A stretch of DNA of 64,000 nucleotides from Macrostomum hystrix (lineage: Eukaryota; Animalia; Platyhelminthes), in the NCBI GenBank assembly GCA_950097015.1, contig CATNEN010000007.1:806001-870000 (forward strand). Reading direction: 5' to 3'. Of this stretch, positions 1 through 12,129 are shown in pieces. The first letter of the stretch is position 1, and every line of letters starts with the position of its first letter. Below the pieces are notes generated by a model. The model worked only from the letters and a program-made list of their open reading frames with translations, did no database searches and was not told where the DNA came from. The translations under genes were made by a program, and so were the position numbers.

Positions 1-325
1 GTAACTATGTTCCCGGAGCTATCAATCATGGCCTGTGACAATTTGTCAATTGCAGTTAATAAAAGATGCGCGCTGATAAACTGAGAGAATATCTTCTATG
101 AAGTAGATTACTGGAACACATTGTTAAACCAGTGTATTCAGAGACATCGAACTTTGGAAGCATCGACAAATTATTGTTTTGTAAAAACTGCGTTCTTTGT
201 GCTTCAACTCGTTTTTTTGCTGAGATTCTGCATCTTCAATAAAAATTTGTGCTTCTTGGTAAGCTGTGGTCTGATAGGACCCAGAAACTAGGACTTTTGG
301 GTGGGCTCTAGGAGTTTTGAGTAGT

Positions 326-1712
326 CAGTAGTAGTTTCTGGGTAGGCAGTGGGTTTCTGGGTAGGCGGTAGAAGTTTCTGGGTAGGCTGTGGGTTTCTGG
401 GTAGGCAGTGGGTTTCTGGGTAGGCGGTAGTAGTTTCTGAATAGGCAGTGGGTTTCTGGGTAGGCGGTAGTAGTTTCTGAATAGGAAGTGGGTTTCTGGG
501 TAGGCGGTAGCAGTTTCTGGGTAGGCAGTGGGTTTCTGGGTAGGCAGTGCGTTTCTGGGTAGGCAGTGGGTTTCTGGGTAGGCGGTAGTAGTTTCTGGGT
601 AGGCTGTGGGTTTCTGGGTAGGCAGTGGGTTTCTGGGTAGGCGGTAGTAGTTTCTGAATAGGCAGTGGGTTTCTGGGTAGGCGGTAGTAGTTTCTGAATA
701 GGAAGTGGGTTTCTGGGTAGGCGGTAGCAGTTTCTGGGTAGGCAGTGGGTTTCTGGGTAGGCAGTGCGTTTCTGGGTAGGCAGTGGGTTTCTGGGTAGGC
801 AGTGGGTTTCTGGGTAGGCGGTAGTAGTTTCTGGGTAGGCAGTGGGTTTCTGGGTAGGCGGTAGAAGTTTCTGGGTAGGCTGTGGGTTTCTGGGTAGGCA
901 GTGGGTTTCCGGGTAGGCGGTAGTAGTTTCTGAATAGGCAGTGGGTTTCTGGGTAGGCGTTAGTAGTTTCTGAATAGGAAGTGGGTTTCTGGGTAGGCGG
1001 TAGCAGTTTCTGGGTAGGCAGTGGGTTTCTGGGTAGGCAGTGGGTTTCTGGGTAGGCAGTGGGTTTCTGGGTAGGCTGTGGGTTTCTGGGTAGGCAGTGG
1101 GTTTCTGGGTAGGCAGTGGGTTTCTGGGTAGGCGGTAGCAGTTTCTGAATAGGCAGTGGGTTTCTGGGTAGGCGGTAGCAGTTTCTGAATAGGCAGTGGG
1201 TTTCTGGGTAGGCGGTAGTAGTTTCTGAATAGGCAGTGGGTTTCTGGGTAGGCGGTAGTAGTTTCTGAATAGGCAGTGGGTTTCTGGGTAGGCAGTAGTA
1301 GTTTCTGAATAGGCAGTGGGTTTCTGGGTAGGCGGTAGCAGTTTCTGGGTAGGCTGTGGGTTTCTGGGTAGGCAGAAGTAGTTTCTGAATAGGCAGTGGG
1401 TTTCTGGGTAGGCTGTGGGTTTCTGGGTAGGCGGTATTAGTTTCTGGGTAGGCGGTAGTAGTTTCTGGGTAGGCGGTAGTAGTTTCTGGGTAGGCGGTAG
1501 TAGTTTTGGGTAGGCGGTAGTAGTTTCTGGGTAGGCGGTAGTAGTTTTGGGTAGGCTGTGGGTTTCTGGGTAGGCTGTGGGTTTCTGGGTAGGCTGTGGG
1601 TTTCTGGGTAGGCTGTGGGTTTCTGGGTAGGCTGTGGGTTTCTGGGTAGGCTGTGGGTTTCTGGGTAGGCTGTGGGTTTCTGGGTAGGCTGTGGGTTTCT
1701 GGGTAGGCAGTT
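326..1712. repeat. Minisatellite of mixed 18-bp (GGGTTTCTGGGTAGGCAGT-like) and 21-bp (GGTAGTAGTTTCTGGGTAGGC-like) units
   Basis: Units read directly; explains the repetitive 501-aa minus ORF. Confidence 0.95.
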
Positions 1713-2280
1713 GTAGTTTCTGCGTAGGCAGCGTGAGTTTTTGCAGTACTGTTAACTGTTAGAGGTGATTCGTTTGTTTTTATGAGGGTTTCGTGTTGCG
1801 CAACCATACGCAAACTACATGATGGGTTGCTGAGAAATGAGAAGCTAGATAAACAAAAACCCTTTTCTTCTACTTACAGTAGCTAGCCACAGTCGAGACT
1901 CTAGATCGCGTACCTGATCATTTAAAACTACTCAACCGAGGTAAACTAATCTGAACCCACGATACTTAAGTCTGTCTCCTTTTAGTATTTATTTTCAGTT
2001 GAACATGTCAATCTGAATGTGGGTTGAATACTAATTCTCATGTATATCCAGTACAGTTTAGTTAGCTGATAGATACATAAGGTAATGCAGTGCATTTTGG
2101 TGCGTAAGTACTCTTTACGAGGTATTTTTTGTTTTATTCGAAGTCTCCAATTTTGTGAGACCGTCACGTACGAGTACTCTGCGAGTTGGCTCAGCTTTTT
2201 ATCTGAGCAGCAATGATTGCTTAAACATTATATTACTGCACCATCAGTCATTTTAGTGCTGAGCCAGACTGACTGCAAAA

Positions 2281-2940
2281 GGACTGAATGTCCTGATGGG
2301 ATTATAACTAGCACTGAATGTCTTGATGGGATTATAACTAGCACTGAATGACCTGATGGGATTATGACTAGCACTGAATGACCTGATGGGATTATGACTA
2401 GCACTGAATGTCTTGATGGGATTATGACTAGCACTGAATGTCCTGATGGGATTATGACTAGCACTGAATAACCTGATGGGATTATGACTAGCACTGAATG
2501 ACCTGATGGGATTATGACTAGCACTGAATGACCTGCTGGGATTATGACTAGCACTGATTGACCTGATGGGATTATGACTAGCACTGATTGACCTGATGGG
2601 ATTATGACTAGCACTGAATGACCTGATGGGATTATGACTAGCACTGAATGTCCTGATGGGATTATGACTAGCACTGAATGACCTGATGGGATTATGACTA
2701 GCACTGAATGACCTGATGGGATTATGACTAGCACTGAATGACCTGATGGGATTATGACTAGCACTGAATGACCTGATGGGATTATGACTAGCACTGAATG
2801 ACCTGATGGGATTATGACTAGCACTGAATGACCTGATGGGATTATGACTAGCACTGAATGACCTGATGGGATTATGACTAGCACTGAATGACCTGATGGG
2901 ATTATGACTAGCACTGAATGTCGTCGTGGGGTGATGACTA
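2281..2940. repeat. 30-bp tandem repeat GCACTGAATGACCTGATGGGATTATGACTA, about 22 copies
   Basis: Exactly two units per 60-bp line. Confidence 0.97.
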
Positions 2941-3809
2941 ACATTTCATTACCTCAATAGCTAAAATATCAGATAACAGCGCTAAATTTTGTAGCTGAAA
3001 TTTTTCTAAATAGATCCATAATTTAACTAGAATTAGGAAAAGTATTGAGTTTAGTAAAACGAATTACTTAGCGGTTGATCACCAACCAGATAGAAAAATG
3101 ATGCAGCTGGCTCACTAGGTGAGTGATTTATCGTCTGTTGAGCTGCAGGAAAATCACACAACGAGATCAAGTATAGTCACAAACACAATGCATTTCCTGA
3201 ATCAAAATAGCTTAAATGGAAAAGCATTCCATTCGATTCCAATTCTCGATAACTGGTCGTAAATTTTCTGGAATTTAAATTTATAATTTCTAGGAAATCA
3301 AAGCTAAGGCCCAGCTCCGCTGAGCACAGTGCAATGCGCCAGTAACAAGTCATGGCGCCACTTAAGTGCTGCTTCAAAATAGGCCCTTCATTGACAAGAC
3401 TCAGTGCTCATAATGGCAAGATGCAGTGCTACACAATGTCAGTTGAGCGTTTTTGTTAGATGTACAAAATTTGCAGGAAGTGTAGACTGGATTCTTAATT
3501 CTTAGAATCCTACAGATTCGCGCATTGTTGCGACATTCCCGAGAAAAAAACGGAGAAAATTGCACATCCTGCACTGAACTACAACTGCAGTTTGAGTTTG
3601 AGTCAGTTTGAACTGCAAATGTCAAATCATCTAAAGCAATTTATTTACACCCTTGACCTCTAAGCTATGTAACATTGAATGCTTCTAATTGTGTGACATC
3701 AAATGCTAGACCAGGGAAAGCGACTAAAAAGTGAAATTGAACTGAAAGGAGCTGAATAGAAATGCAATTTTGTTGAGAATATATATAATATACAATAACA
3801 TCATTGCAC

Positions 3810-4023
3810 TAACTCCTGAGCACACACACACAGGAGTGTGCTCATCGTTAGGCAGTGTACACTTTCACTGTCCTGGAGGTTGGCCCTAAAGGGCGTAAAT
3901 TGCACGACATACTCCCAAGCCTTCTCTCCGCGGCTGCGCCCCAAATGAATGTGGCCTCGCCGCGGAATCGAGCTCAGGGACCTTGGTGCGAGAGGCAAAC
4001 GCTCTGCCACTCACCCCATTGAG
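3810..4023 (-). mobile_element. tRNA-derived SINE-like element
   Basis: Minus strand reads AGTGGCAGAGCGTTTGCCTCTCGCACCAAGGTCCCTGAGCTCGATTCC: A-box/B-box-like spacing without a sound cloverleaf, followed by a non-tRNA body. Confidence 0.5.
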
Positions 4024-4824
4024 ATTAGAGCTCTATCTTACTTTACAATCGAAGTGTATTTTTTCCTATTTACTGCACAGAAACATTCGTTGTCGAAATT
4101 ATTTCCCAAAAATTAGAGGCCAAAAAAGAATGGAAATCCCATCTGGAACACTGAGGAAGGGATCGCATGTCCACTTGTTGCTAAAGAAGGCTAGGAAAGA
4201 GAATTAGTTAGGGCCGCATGCGGGATGCTGCAGAGATGCCCACTTTAGCTGGGAGTGAGTGACTGCAGGAACAATGGCTCAACCCCCTTCTTGAGGCCCT
4301 TCTTGAGGAGCAGAGAGGCTTCCGCCCTTCCCTTAGCAGTTGCCTCAATTACAGCTCTTATAGGACATTATGGAATTTTGTTTTCTAATTTTAAATTCCA
4401 ATGGACACTCCCTTAGTTCTGCTTTCAGCTAGAAATGCATTTGTTATTGGCCTCTCCAAGTTTTATTTTTAAGCTACGGAAGCTTTCAGTTAGTTATTGA
4501 GTTGATTGTTTGAAACACTGAATCCAGATCTTCGAGTATATTAAAAGGGGAGAGCGTGTGTCAGTCAGGCACTCGATGATCTGAGTAAATACGAGCTAGT
4601 ACAATCGATTATCAGAAAATAGGTGCAGAACTTTCACACTTCTTAAAATACTAGAAGTATGATTCAAATTTTCTTGTTCTTAAGAAGCGAAAAAATTGAG
4701 AATGGAAATTTAACCCACTGTCTGTGCAGAAAACTCTGCAACGAAAGCATTTTGCGCACGGTTGGTCCTGGCGCTCGTATGATTGACATGAAATTTCAAT
4801 TAGAGATGAGAATAGGATTTTAAA

Positions 4825-5050
4825 GAGGGAGAGAGGAGAGAGAGTAGCGAGAGTAGAGAGGGTAGAGAGGAGAGAGGAGACAGTAGAGAGAGTAGAGAGG
4901 AGACAGTAGAGAGAGTAGAGAGAGTAGAGAGGAGAGAGTAGACAGTAGTGAGAGTAGAGAGGGAGAGAGTAGAGAGGAGATAGTAGAGAGAGAAGAGAGG
5001 GAGAGAGTAGACAGGAACAGCTACTTAAGGGAGAGAGTAGTGAGTAGAGT
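4825..5050. repeat. AG-rich degenerate microsatellite (GAGAGTA/GAGAG)
   Basis: Direct reading. Confidence 0.85.
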
Positions 5051-5654
5051 TAGATTTGATGACGAATTTCAGCTATATGCCAGTAAATCAGCGAGGTGAC
5101 ACCTGATGACTAGTCACTTTGAAAACATTGATAAGCAAGCCATGATCTCAAATGCGGACTCAAGATGCCGGTCTCTATTCTAGATTCTAGATCCCGGGAA
5201 TCAAGTCTCCGTCTTGAATCCCTTGTGGAATTATTTTCTCAATTTTGAGAGGGAGACAGCTAGGCGCAATGAGAGGCCCGGATCAAAGGATTTTACCAAG
5301 TATCAGGATGATGAAATCCTCCCCACACAGCCAGCAATAAGGTGGCTGGGATTCGCCGACTTGCTTCCTTAATTCCTGAGCCTGATTGAGAAAGGGCGGG
5401 CCGGCCGATCACCAGGGACGAAAGGGGGGCCGAACCGCGTGGGGAGGAGGTAACGAGGCCGCAGCTGTTTCCCAAATAACTATAGCCTCGCTATCTTTGG
5501 CGAACTTTTTATTTCGATACAAAAATACAGATACACACTTTATGCACATTTCTCACCCTCTTTCGACAGCCTCACATGTATATATCCCGTTTTTTCAACC
5601 CCGTTGAAAAACAGTTGAATCTCAGTTTTTTCCAGTGATTTTTCAATCTCAACC

Positions 5655-6345
5655 CTCTTTCCCCTCTCCATCTCCCCTTTCCTCTCTCCATCTCCTCTTT
5701 CTCCTCTCCATCTCCTCTTTCTCCTCTCCATCCCCTCTTTCCCCTCTCCCTCTCCCCTCTTCCCCCTCTTTATCTCCCCTCTTTCCCCTCTCCATCTCCT
5801 CTTTCCCCTCTCCATCTCCTCTTTCCCCTCTCCATCTCCTCTTTCCCCTCTCCATCTCCTCTTTCCCCTCTCCATCTCCTCTTTCCCCTCTCCATCTCTT
5901 CTTTCCCCTCTCCATCTCCTCTTTCCCCTCTCCATCTCCTCTTTCCCCTCTCCATCTCCTCTTTCCCCTCTCCATCTCCTCTTTCCCCTCTCCATCTCCT
6001 CTTTCCCCTCTCCATCTCCTCTTTCCCCTCTCCATCTCCTCTTTCCCCTCTCCATCTCCCCTCTTCCCCCCTCTTTAACTCTCCTCTTCCCCCTCTTTAT
6101 CTCCCCTCTTTCCACTCTCCATCCCCTCTTTCCCCTCTCCATCCCCTCTTTCCCCTCTCCATCCCCTCTTTCCCCTCTCCATCCCCTCTTTCCCCTCTCC
6201 ATTCCCTCTTTCCCCTCTCCATCCCCTCTTTCCCCTCTCCATCCCCTCTTTCCCCTCTCCATCCCCTCTTTCCCCTCTCCATCCCCTCTTTCCCCTCTCC
6301 CTCCCCTCTTTCCCCTCTTTCCCCTCTCCATCTCCTCTTTCTCCT
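5655..6345. repeat. 20-bp pyrimidine minisatellite CTCTTTCCCCTCTCCATCTC
   Basis: Three units per 60-bp line; source of several ERGKRR-type ORFs. Confidence 0.95.
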
Positions 6346-6717
6346 AATCAGTTTTCTTAAGTTTCGCATAGTAGTTGATCTATTGCTCAAAGTCAGCGGT
6401 CATTCTGCCTATTCAATTATTTTCCAATCCTTTCCAATCCTCAAGGATATTCCATGACTTTGAGGCGTGTGGATCAATGCTAGTTTCCAATCCAGAAACT
6501 TTGATCTATCCATGCAGCGCACTGGGAAAATGTGCCAGTGAAATTTTCTATTGCCATTCGAATCAACTTGTGCAGCGGTGCGTTAGAAGTCTTGGAGATC
6601 ATGAAACTCCTGCTAGCTGCTTTGATAGCATTAGCTCTGTGTGTCTGGGTCTGTTTACCTCTGACATAATAATTTTCTAACCTCAACCTCAAGCTTCATG
6701 CACATTGAGCTCGAGTC

Positions 6718-8153
6718 TGAGAGTAGAGACTAGACAAAGTAGATAGTGTGAGAGTAGACACTAGACAAAGTAGATAGTGTGAGAGTAGAGACTAGACAAA
6801 GTAGATAGTGTGAGAGTAGACACTAGACAAAGTAGATAGTGTGAGAGTAGAGACTAGACAAAGTAAATAGTGTGAGGGTAGAGACTAGACAAAGTAAATA
6901 GTGTGAGAGTAGAGACTAGACAAAGTAGACAGTGTGAGGGTAGAGATTAGACAAAGTAAATAGTGTGAGAGTAGAGAGTAGACAAAGTAAATAGTGTGAG
7001 AGTAGAGAATAGACAAAGTAGATAGTGTGAGGGTAGAGACTAGACAAAGTAAATAGTGTGAGAGTAGAGACTAGACAAAGTAAATAGTGTGAGAGTAGAC
7101 ACTAGACAAAGTAAATAGTGTGAGGGTAGAGACTAGACAAAGTAAATAGTGTGAGGGTAGAGACTAGACAAAGTAAATAGTGTGAGAGTTGAGACTAGAC
7201 AAAGTAAATAGTGTGAGAGTAGAGACTAGACAAAGTAGATAGTGTGAGAGTAGAGACTAGACAAAGTAAATAGTGTGAGAGTAGAGACTAGACAAAGTAA
7301 ATAGTGTGAGAGTAGAGACTAGACAAAGTAAATAGTGTGAGAGTAGAGACTAGACAAAGTAAATAGTGTGAGAGTAGAGACTAGACAAAGTAGATAGTGT
7401 GAGGGTAGAGACTAGACAAAGTAAATAGTGTGAGAGTAGAGACTAGACAAAGTAGATAGTGTGAGAGTAGAGACTAGACAAAGTAAATAGTGTGAGAGTA
7501 GAGACTAGACAAAGTAAATAGTGTGAGGGTAGAGACTAGACAAAGTAGATAGTGTGAGAGTAGAGACTAGACAAAGTAGATAGTGTGAGGGTAGAGACTA
7601 GACAAAGTAGATAGTGTGAGAGTAGAGACTAGACAAAGTAAATAGTGTGAGGGTAGAGACTAGACAAAGTAGATAGTGTGAGAGTAGAGACTAGACAAAT
7701 TAGATAGTGTGAGAGTAGAGACTAGACAAAGTAGATAGTGTGAGAGTAGAGACTAGACAAAGTAGATAGTGTGAGGGTAGAGACTAGACAAATTAGATAG
7801 TGTGAGGGTAGAGACTAGACAAAGTAGATAGTGTGAGAGTAGAGACTAGACAAAGTAGATAGTGTGAGAGTAGAGACTAGACAAAGTAAATAGTGTGAGA
7901 GTAGAGACTAGACAAAGTAAATAGTGTGAGAGTAGAGACTAGACAAACTAAATAGTGTGAGAGTAGAGACTAGACAAAGTAAATAGTGTGAAAGTAGAGA
8001 CTAGACAAAGTAGATAGTGTGAGGGTAGAGACTAGACAAAGTAAATAGTGTGAGAGTAGAGACTAGACAAAGTAAATAGTGTGAGAGTAGAGACTAGACA
8101 AAGTAAATAGTGTGAGAGTAGAGACTAGACAAAGTAAATAGTGTGAGAGTAGA
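6718..8153. repeat. 31-bp minisatellite GAGAGTAGAGACTAGACAAAGTA(A/G)ATAGTGT, about 46 copies
   Basis: Direct reading. Confidence 0.96.
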
Positions 8154-8430
8154 GGTATGATAGTGTAATTATAGTTTTTATAGAAAACAAAATTTTCAAA
8201 TAATTCATAAAATGATTGAATTTAGCAAAGCAGTTAGTCATTGTCATCTTGCTAGTTTTATTTTAATTAAATAACAAAAACGTTTATTTTGTGTACCATT
8301 CGTTTAACTGAGACAATGTACAGTAGTTCATAACAAATTCCTGTTATTAAGTGTTTACTTATTTGTTAGATACTCTGATTTAGGTCAAATTTGAAAGGTG
8401 CGAAGAAAAGTTTTCTTAGAAAACGAGTTA

Positions 8431-8436
8431 TTTATT
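8431..8436 (-). promoter_or_regulatory. Candidate polyadenylation signal of the protocadherin
   Basis: AATAAA on the minus strand about 80 nt after the stop at 8516. Confidence 0.4.
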
Positions 8437-8515
8437 GAAATGCAAATCCGTTTAAAATGAATGAGTCTAATTTTTATTTGCGCAGACTTTACATTGGAAT
8501 AAGGTACAATTAGAA

Positions 8516-8851
8516 TTACACAAATGAAGAACTAACCAAGCTAAATGGCTTGGAAGGCTGCTGCTGCTGCTGCTGCTGCTGTTTGAGCAGTTGCTTCTGC
8601 TTGTTTTGCAGCCGATTCTCGCCTCTATCAACCTGCAAACTGCCGGTCCGCTTCCAACGGGGCGCGGCGCCACCTGGCATTGTTGGACAGGCGGGCTGTT
8701 GCAGCATCTGGTAATTGTGCCGGTCCGATGCGACCTCCACCGCTTGGTAGTCTTCCAGGAGGCGAGAGTCCGAGAACTGCTCTTCACCCACCGGGATTCG
8801 ATAATCTGCCGATTCGGTGGAGGGGTTAATGTATCGTCGATTACTAATGCA
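8516..8851 (-). CDS. Protocadherin terminal exon (cytoplasmic tail, poly-Q, ends ...VSSSFV*)
   Basis: Acceptor TATTTTAG at 8852; frame open CISNRRYINPSTESADY...SSSFV*; class I PDZ-type ending S-x-V; phase 0 matches the exon-4 donor. Alternative acceptors exist. Confidence 0.7.
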   Translation of the reverse strand, partial: CISNRRYINPSTESADYRIPVGEEQFSDSRLLEDYQAVEVASDRHNYQMLQQPACPTMPGGAAPRWKRTGSLQVDRGENRLQNKQKQLLKQQQQQQQQPSKPFSLVSSSFV

Positions 8852-8869
8852 CTAAAATACTAACGAAAG

Positions 8870-9349
8870 GACAAAAGGACCGGAGTACAAAGGACAGGAG
8901 GACCGGAGGACCAAAGGAACGGAGGACCGGAGGACCAAAGGACCGGAGGACCGGAGGACCGGAGGACCAAAGGACTGGAGGACCAAAGGACCGGAGGACC
9001 AAAGGACCGGAGGACCAAAGGACCGGAGGACCAAAGGACCGGAGGACCAAAGGACCGGAGGACCAAAGGACCGGAGGACCAAAGGACCGGAGGACCAAAG
9101 GACCGGAGGACCAAAGGACCGGAGGACCAAAGGACCGGAGGACCAAAGGACCGGAGGACCAAAGGACCGGAGGACCAAAGGACCGGAGGACCAAAGGACC
9201 GGAGGACCAAAGGACCGGAGGACCAAAGGACCGGAGGACCAAAGGACCGGAGGACCAAAGGACCGGAGGACCAAAGGACCGGAGGACCAAAGGACCGGAG
9301 GACCAAAGGACCGGAGGACCAAAGGACCGGAGGACCAAAGGACCGGAGG
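8870..9349. repeat. 16-bp minisatellite GGACCGGAGGACCAAA, about 30 copies, filling an intron
   Basis: Direct reading. Confidence 0.96.
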
Positions 9350-9355
9350 ACTCAC

Positions 9356-9473
9356 ACGTATTCGAGTCACCACTAGCCAAGGGTCTCATTGTCCTGATTC
9401 CGGCCGCGCCATGCAGCTGATTTGAGAAGTGCTCAGCATGCGGAGACTGGGGCATAGGCAGGGTTGCGAATCT
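9356..9473 (-). CDS. Probable small cytoplasmic exon of the protocadherin (RFATLPMPQSPHAEHFSNQLHGAAGIRTMRPLASGDSNT)
   Basis: Acceptor TTTCTGAATTTCAG| in phase 0 with the exon-4 donor; strong GTGAGT donor at 9355 (alternative GT at 9357); unique GC-rich sequence between repeats. Confidence 0.55.
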
Positions 9474-9964
9474 CTGAAATTCAGAAAGTGGAGAATCATT
9501 CTATTTTAACAAAGTTTACTTCATTCTATAAAATGAAGCCAAGGATATTCACTTCTTGAAGATACCCGCAACCAGCACTCAACAAAGGCTATTAAGAAGT
9601 CGCTACTTTTGCAGTCAAATCTTCAGTAGTGAGTGTTTTTACCTTAATTTAAAAGACAGTACTGAACTAAGAGAAATGGTAAATAGCTAGCACTGTGAGA
9701 GAGAAGTGAAAATTATTTGGCAATAAGCCATTTAGCTACAAATGATTGCTTTGAATTGTTTTACTCTAAAAGCCCTGTGACTCACGTGTCACCACTAATT
9801 AAGTATTCTCATCTAGGCACGGTGCGTAATTTTTATTACAGCCGAGTGATGCCAGCTCATTCACACTGCATGCACTGGCCTTGTCGGCTAGCTGGGTGCA
9901 GAAAGAATGTTGCTTTCTCATTTACTTGAAGCTGAGAAACTGCTGTCTTGGATAGAGGATAGTC

Positions 9965-11655
9965 AGGATGGGGAGAGAGTCAGAAAAGGGGGTGGAAAGC
10001 CAGGAAAGGTAGGGGTCAGGAGGGGGGTAGGGGAGAGAGTCGGGAAGGGGGTAGGGGAGAGAGTCAGGAAGGGGGTGGGGAAGAGAGTCGGGAAGGGGTG
10101 GGGAAGAGAGTCGGGAAGGGGGTAGGGAAGAGAGTCGGGAAGGGGGTAGGGGAGAGAGTCGGGGGGGGTAGGGAAGAGAGTCGGGAAGGGGGTAGGGGAG
10201 AGAGTCAGGAAGGGGGTGGGGAAGAGAGTCAGGAAGGGGTGGGGAAGAGAGTCAGGAAGGGGGTAGTGGAGAGAGTCGGGAAGGGGGTAGGGGAGAGAGT
10301 CGGGGGGGTAGGGAAGAGAGTCGGGAAGGGGGTAGTGGAGAGAGTCGGGAAGGGGGTAGGGGAGAGAGTCAGGAAGGGGGTGGGGAAGAGAGTCAGGAAG
10401 GGGGTGGGGAAGAGAGTCGGGAAGGGGGTGGGGAAGAGAGTCGGGAAGGGGGTAGGGGAGAGAGTCGGGAAGGGGGTAGTGGAGAGAGTCGGGAAGGGGG
10501 TAGGGGAGAGAGTCAGGAAGGGGGTGGGGAAGAGAGTCAGGAAGGGGTGGGGAAGAGAGTCAGGAAGGGGGTAGTGGAGAGAGTCGGGAAGGGGGTAGGG
10601 GAGAGAGTCGGGGGGGTAGGGAAGAGAGTCGGGAAGGGGGTAGTGGAGAGAGTCGGGAAGGGGGTAGGGGAGAGAGTCAGGAAGGGGGTGGGGAAGAGAG
10701 TCAGGAAGGGGGTGGGGAAGAGAGTCGGGAAGGGGGTGGGGAAGAGAGTCGGGAAGGGGGTAGGGAAGAGAGTCAGGAAGGGGTGGGGAAGAGAGTCAGG
10801 AAGGGGGTAGTGGAGAGAGTCGGGAAGGGGGTAGGGGAGAGAGTCGGGGGGGTAGGGAAGAGAGTCGGGAAGGGGGTAGGGAAGAGAGTCAGGAAGGGGG
10901 TGGGGAAGAGAGTCAGGAAGGGGTGGGGAAGAGAGTCAGGAAGGGGGTAGTGGAGAGAGTCGGGAAGGGGGTAGGGGAGAGAGTCGGGGGGGTAGGGAAG
11001 AGAGTCGGGAAGGGGGTAGTGGAGAGAGTCGGGGGGGTAGGGGAGAGAGTCAGGAAGGGGGTGGGGAAGAGAGTCAGGAAGGGGGTGGGGAAGAGAGTCG
11101 GGAAGGGGGTAGGGGAGAGAGTCGGGAAGGGGGTAGGGAAGAGAGTCAGGAAGGGGGTGGGGAAGAGAGTCAGGAAGGGGGTGGGGAAGAGAGTCAGGAA
11201 GGGGTGGGGAAGAGAGTCAGGAAGGGGGTGGGGAAGAGAGTCGGGAAGGGGGTAGGGGAGAGAGTCGGGAAGGGGGTAGGGGAGAGAGTCGGGAAGGGGG
11301 TAGTGGAGAGAGTCGGGAAGGGGGTAGGGGAGAGAGTCGGGAAGGGGGTAGTGGAGAGAGTCGGGAAGGGGGTAGGGGAGAGAGTCAGGAAGGGGGTGGG
11401 GAAGAGAGTCAGGAAGGGGTGGGGAAGAGAGTCAGGAAGGGGGTAGGGGAGAGAGTCGGGAAGGGTGTAGTGGAGAGAGTCGGGAAGGGGGTAGGGAAGA
11501 GAGTCAGGAAGGGGGTGGGGAAGAGAGTCAGGAAGGGGGTAGGGAAGAGAGTCAGGAAGGGGGTAGGGAAGAGAGTCAGGAAGGGGGTGGGGAAGAGAGT
11601 CAGGAAGGGGGTGGGGGAGAGAGTCAGGAAGGGGGAAGGAGGGAAGAGAGTCAGA
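9965..11655. repeat. About 24-bp G-rich minisatellite GGGAAGGGGGT(A/G)GGG(G/A)AGAGAGTC
   Basis: Direct reading; intronic. Confidence 0.95.
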
Positions 11656-12129
11656 GAGTTAATTGGTACAGCATGATAAGACTAGAATACCGTTTCCTTC
11701 TCGCGAGATTGCCAACTTAACAGAAGTTAGCATTTGTCAAAATTAGATTCATTTAGATTTGCCAGCGTCAAATATTGGGTTGAAATGTTTTGCCAAAATA
11801 ACTATTCGGAACGTGATCAACCAGAAATTTGCGCTTTGTTTTAAACATCGCCTCAAATGTGCCCTTGAAATCTAGTTTGGATAAAATGCATCAACAACGG
11901 AGAATATGATCCGTTGCGGATGGGATAAATGTTTGCCGTTCGTTATAGACACAGGTTTTAGATTTCGAGTGGATACCGTTTGAGCATAGGAGATAGTTGA
12001 AGTGGGCCCACTTGACTGGTTCTCAAGGGGCAACGGGTAAGCAGAAGCCACGCTTTGGTTGAAAGAAAAACGGACGATTCTATCAGTTCTTTTCTGAGAT
12101 ACGTTGGGCGCCAAAAGAGTGGTTGAGCA

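Noticed and set aside
1864-1946. Plus-strand acceptor/donor pair suggesting a 60-nt exon
   Set aside because: Stops in all three frames; no partner exons identified
308-2944. 501-aa and 238-aa repetitive ORFs
   Set aside because: Wholly derived from 18/21-bp and 30-bp tandem repeats
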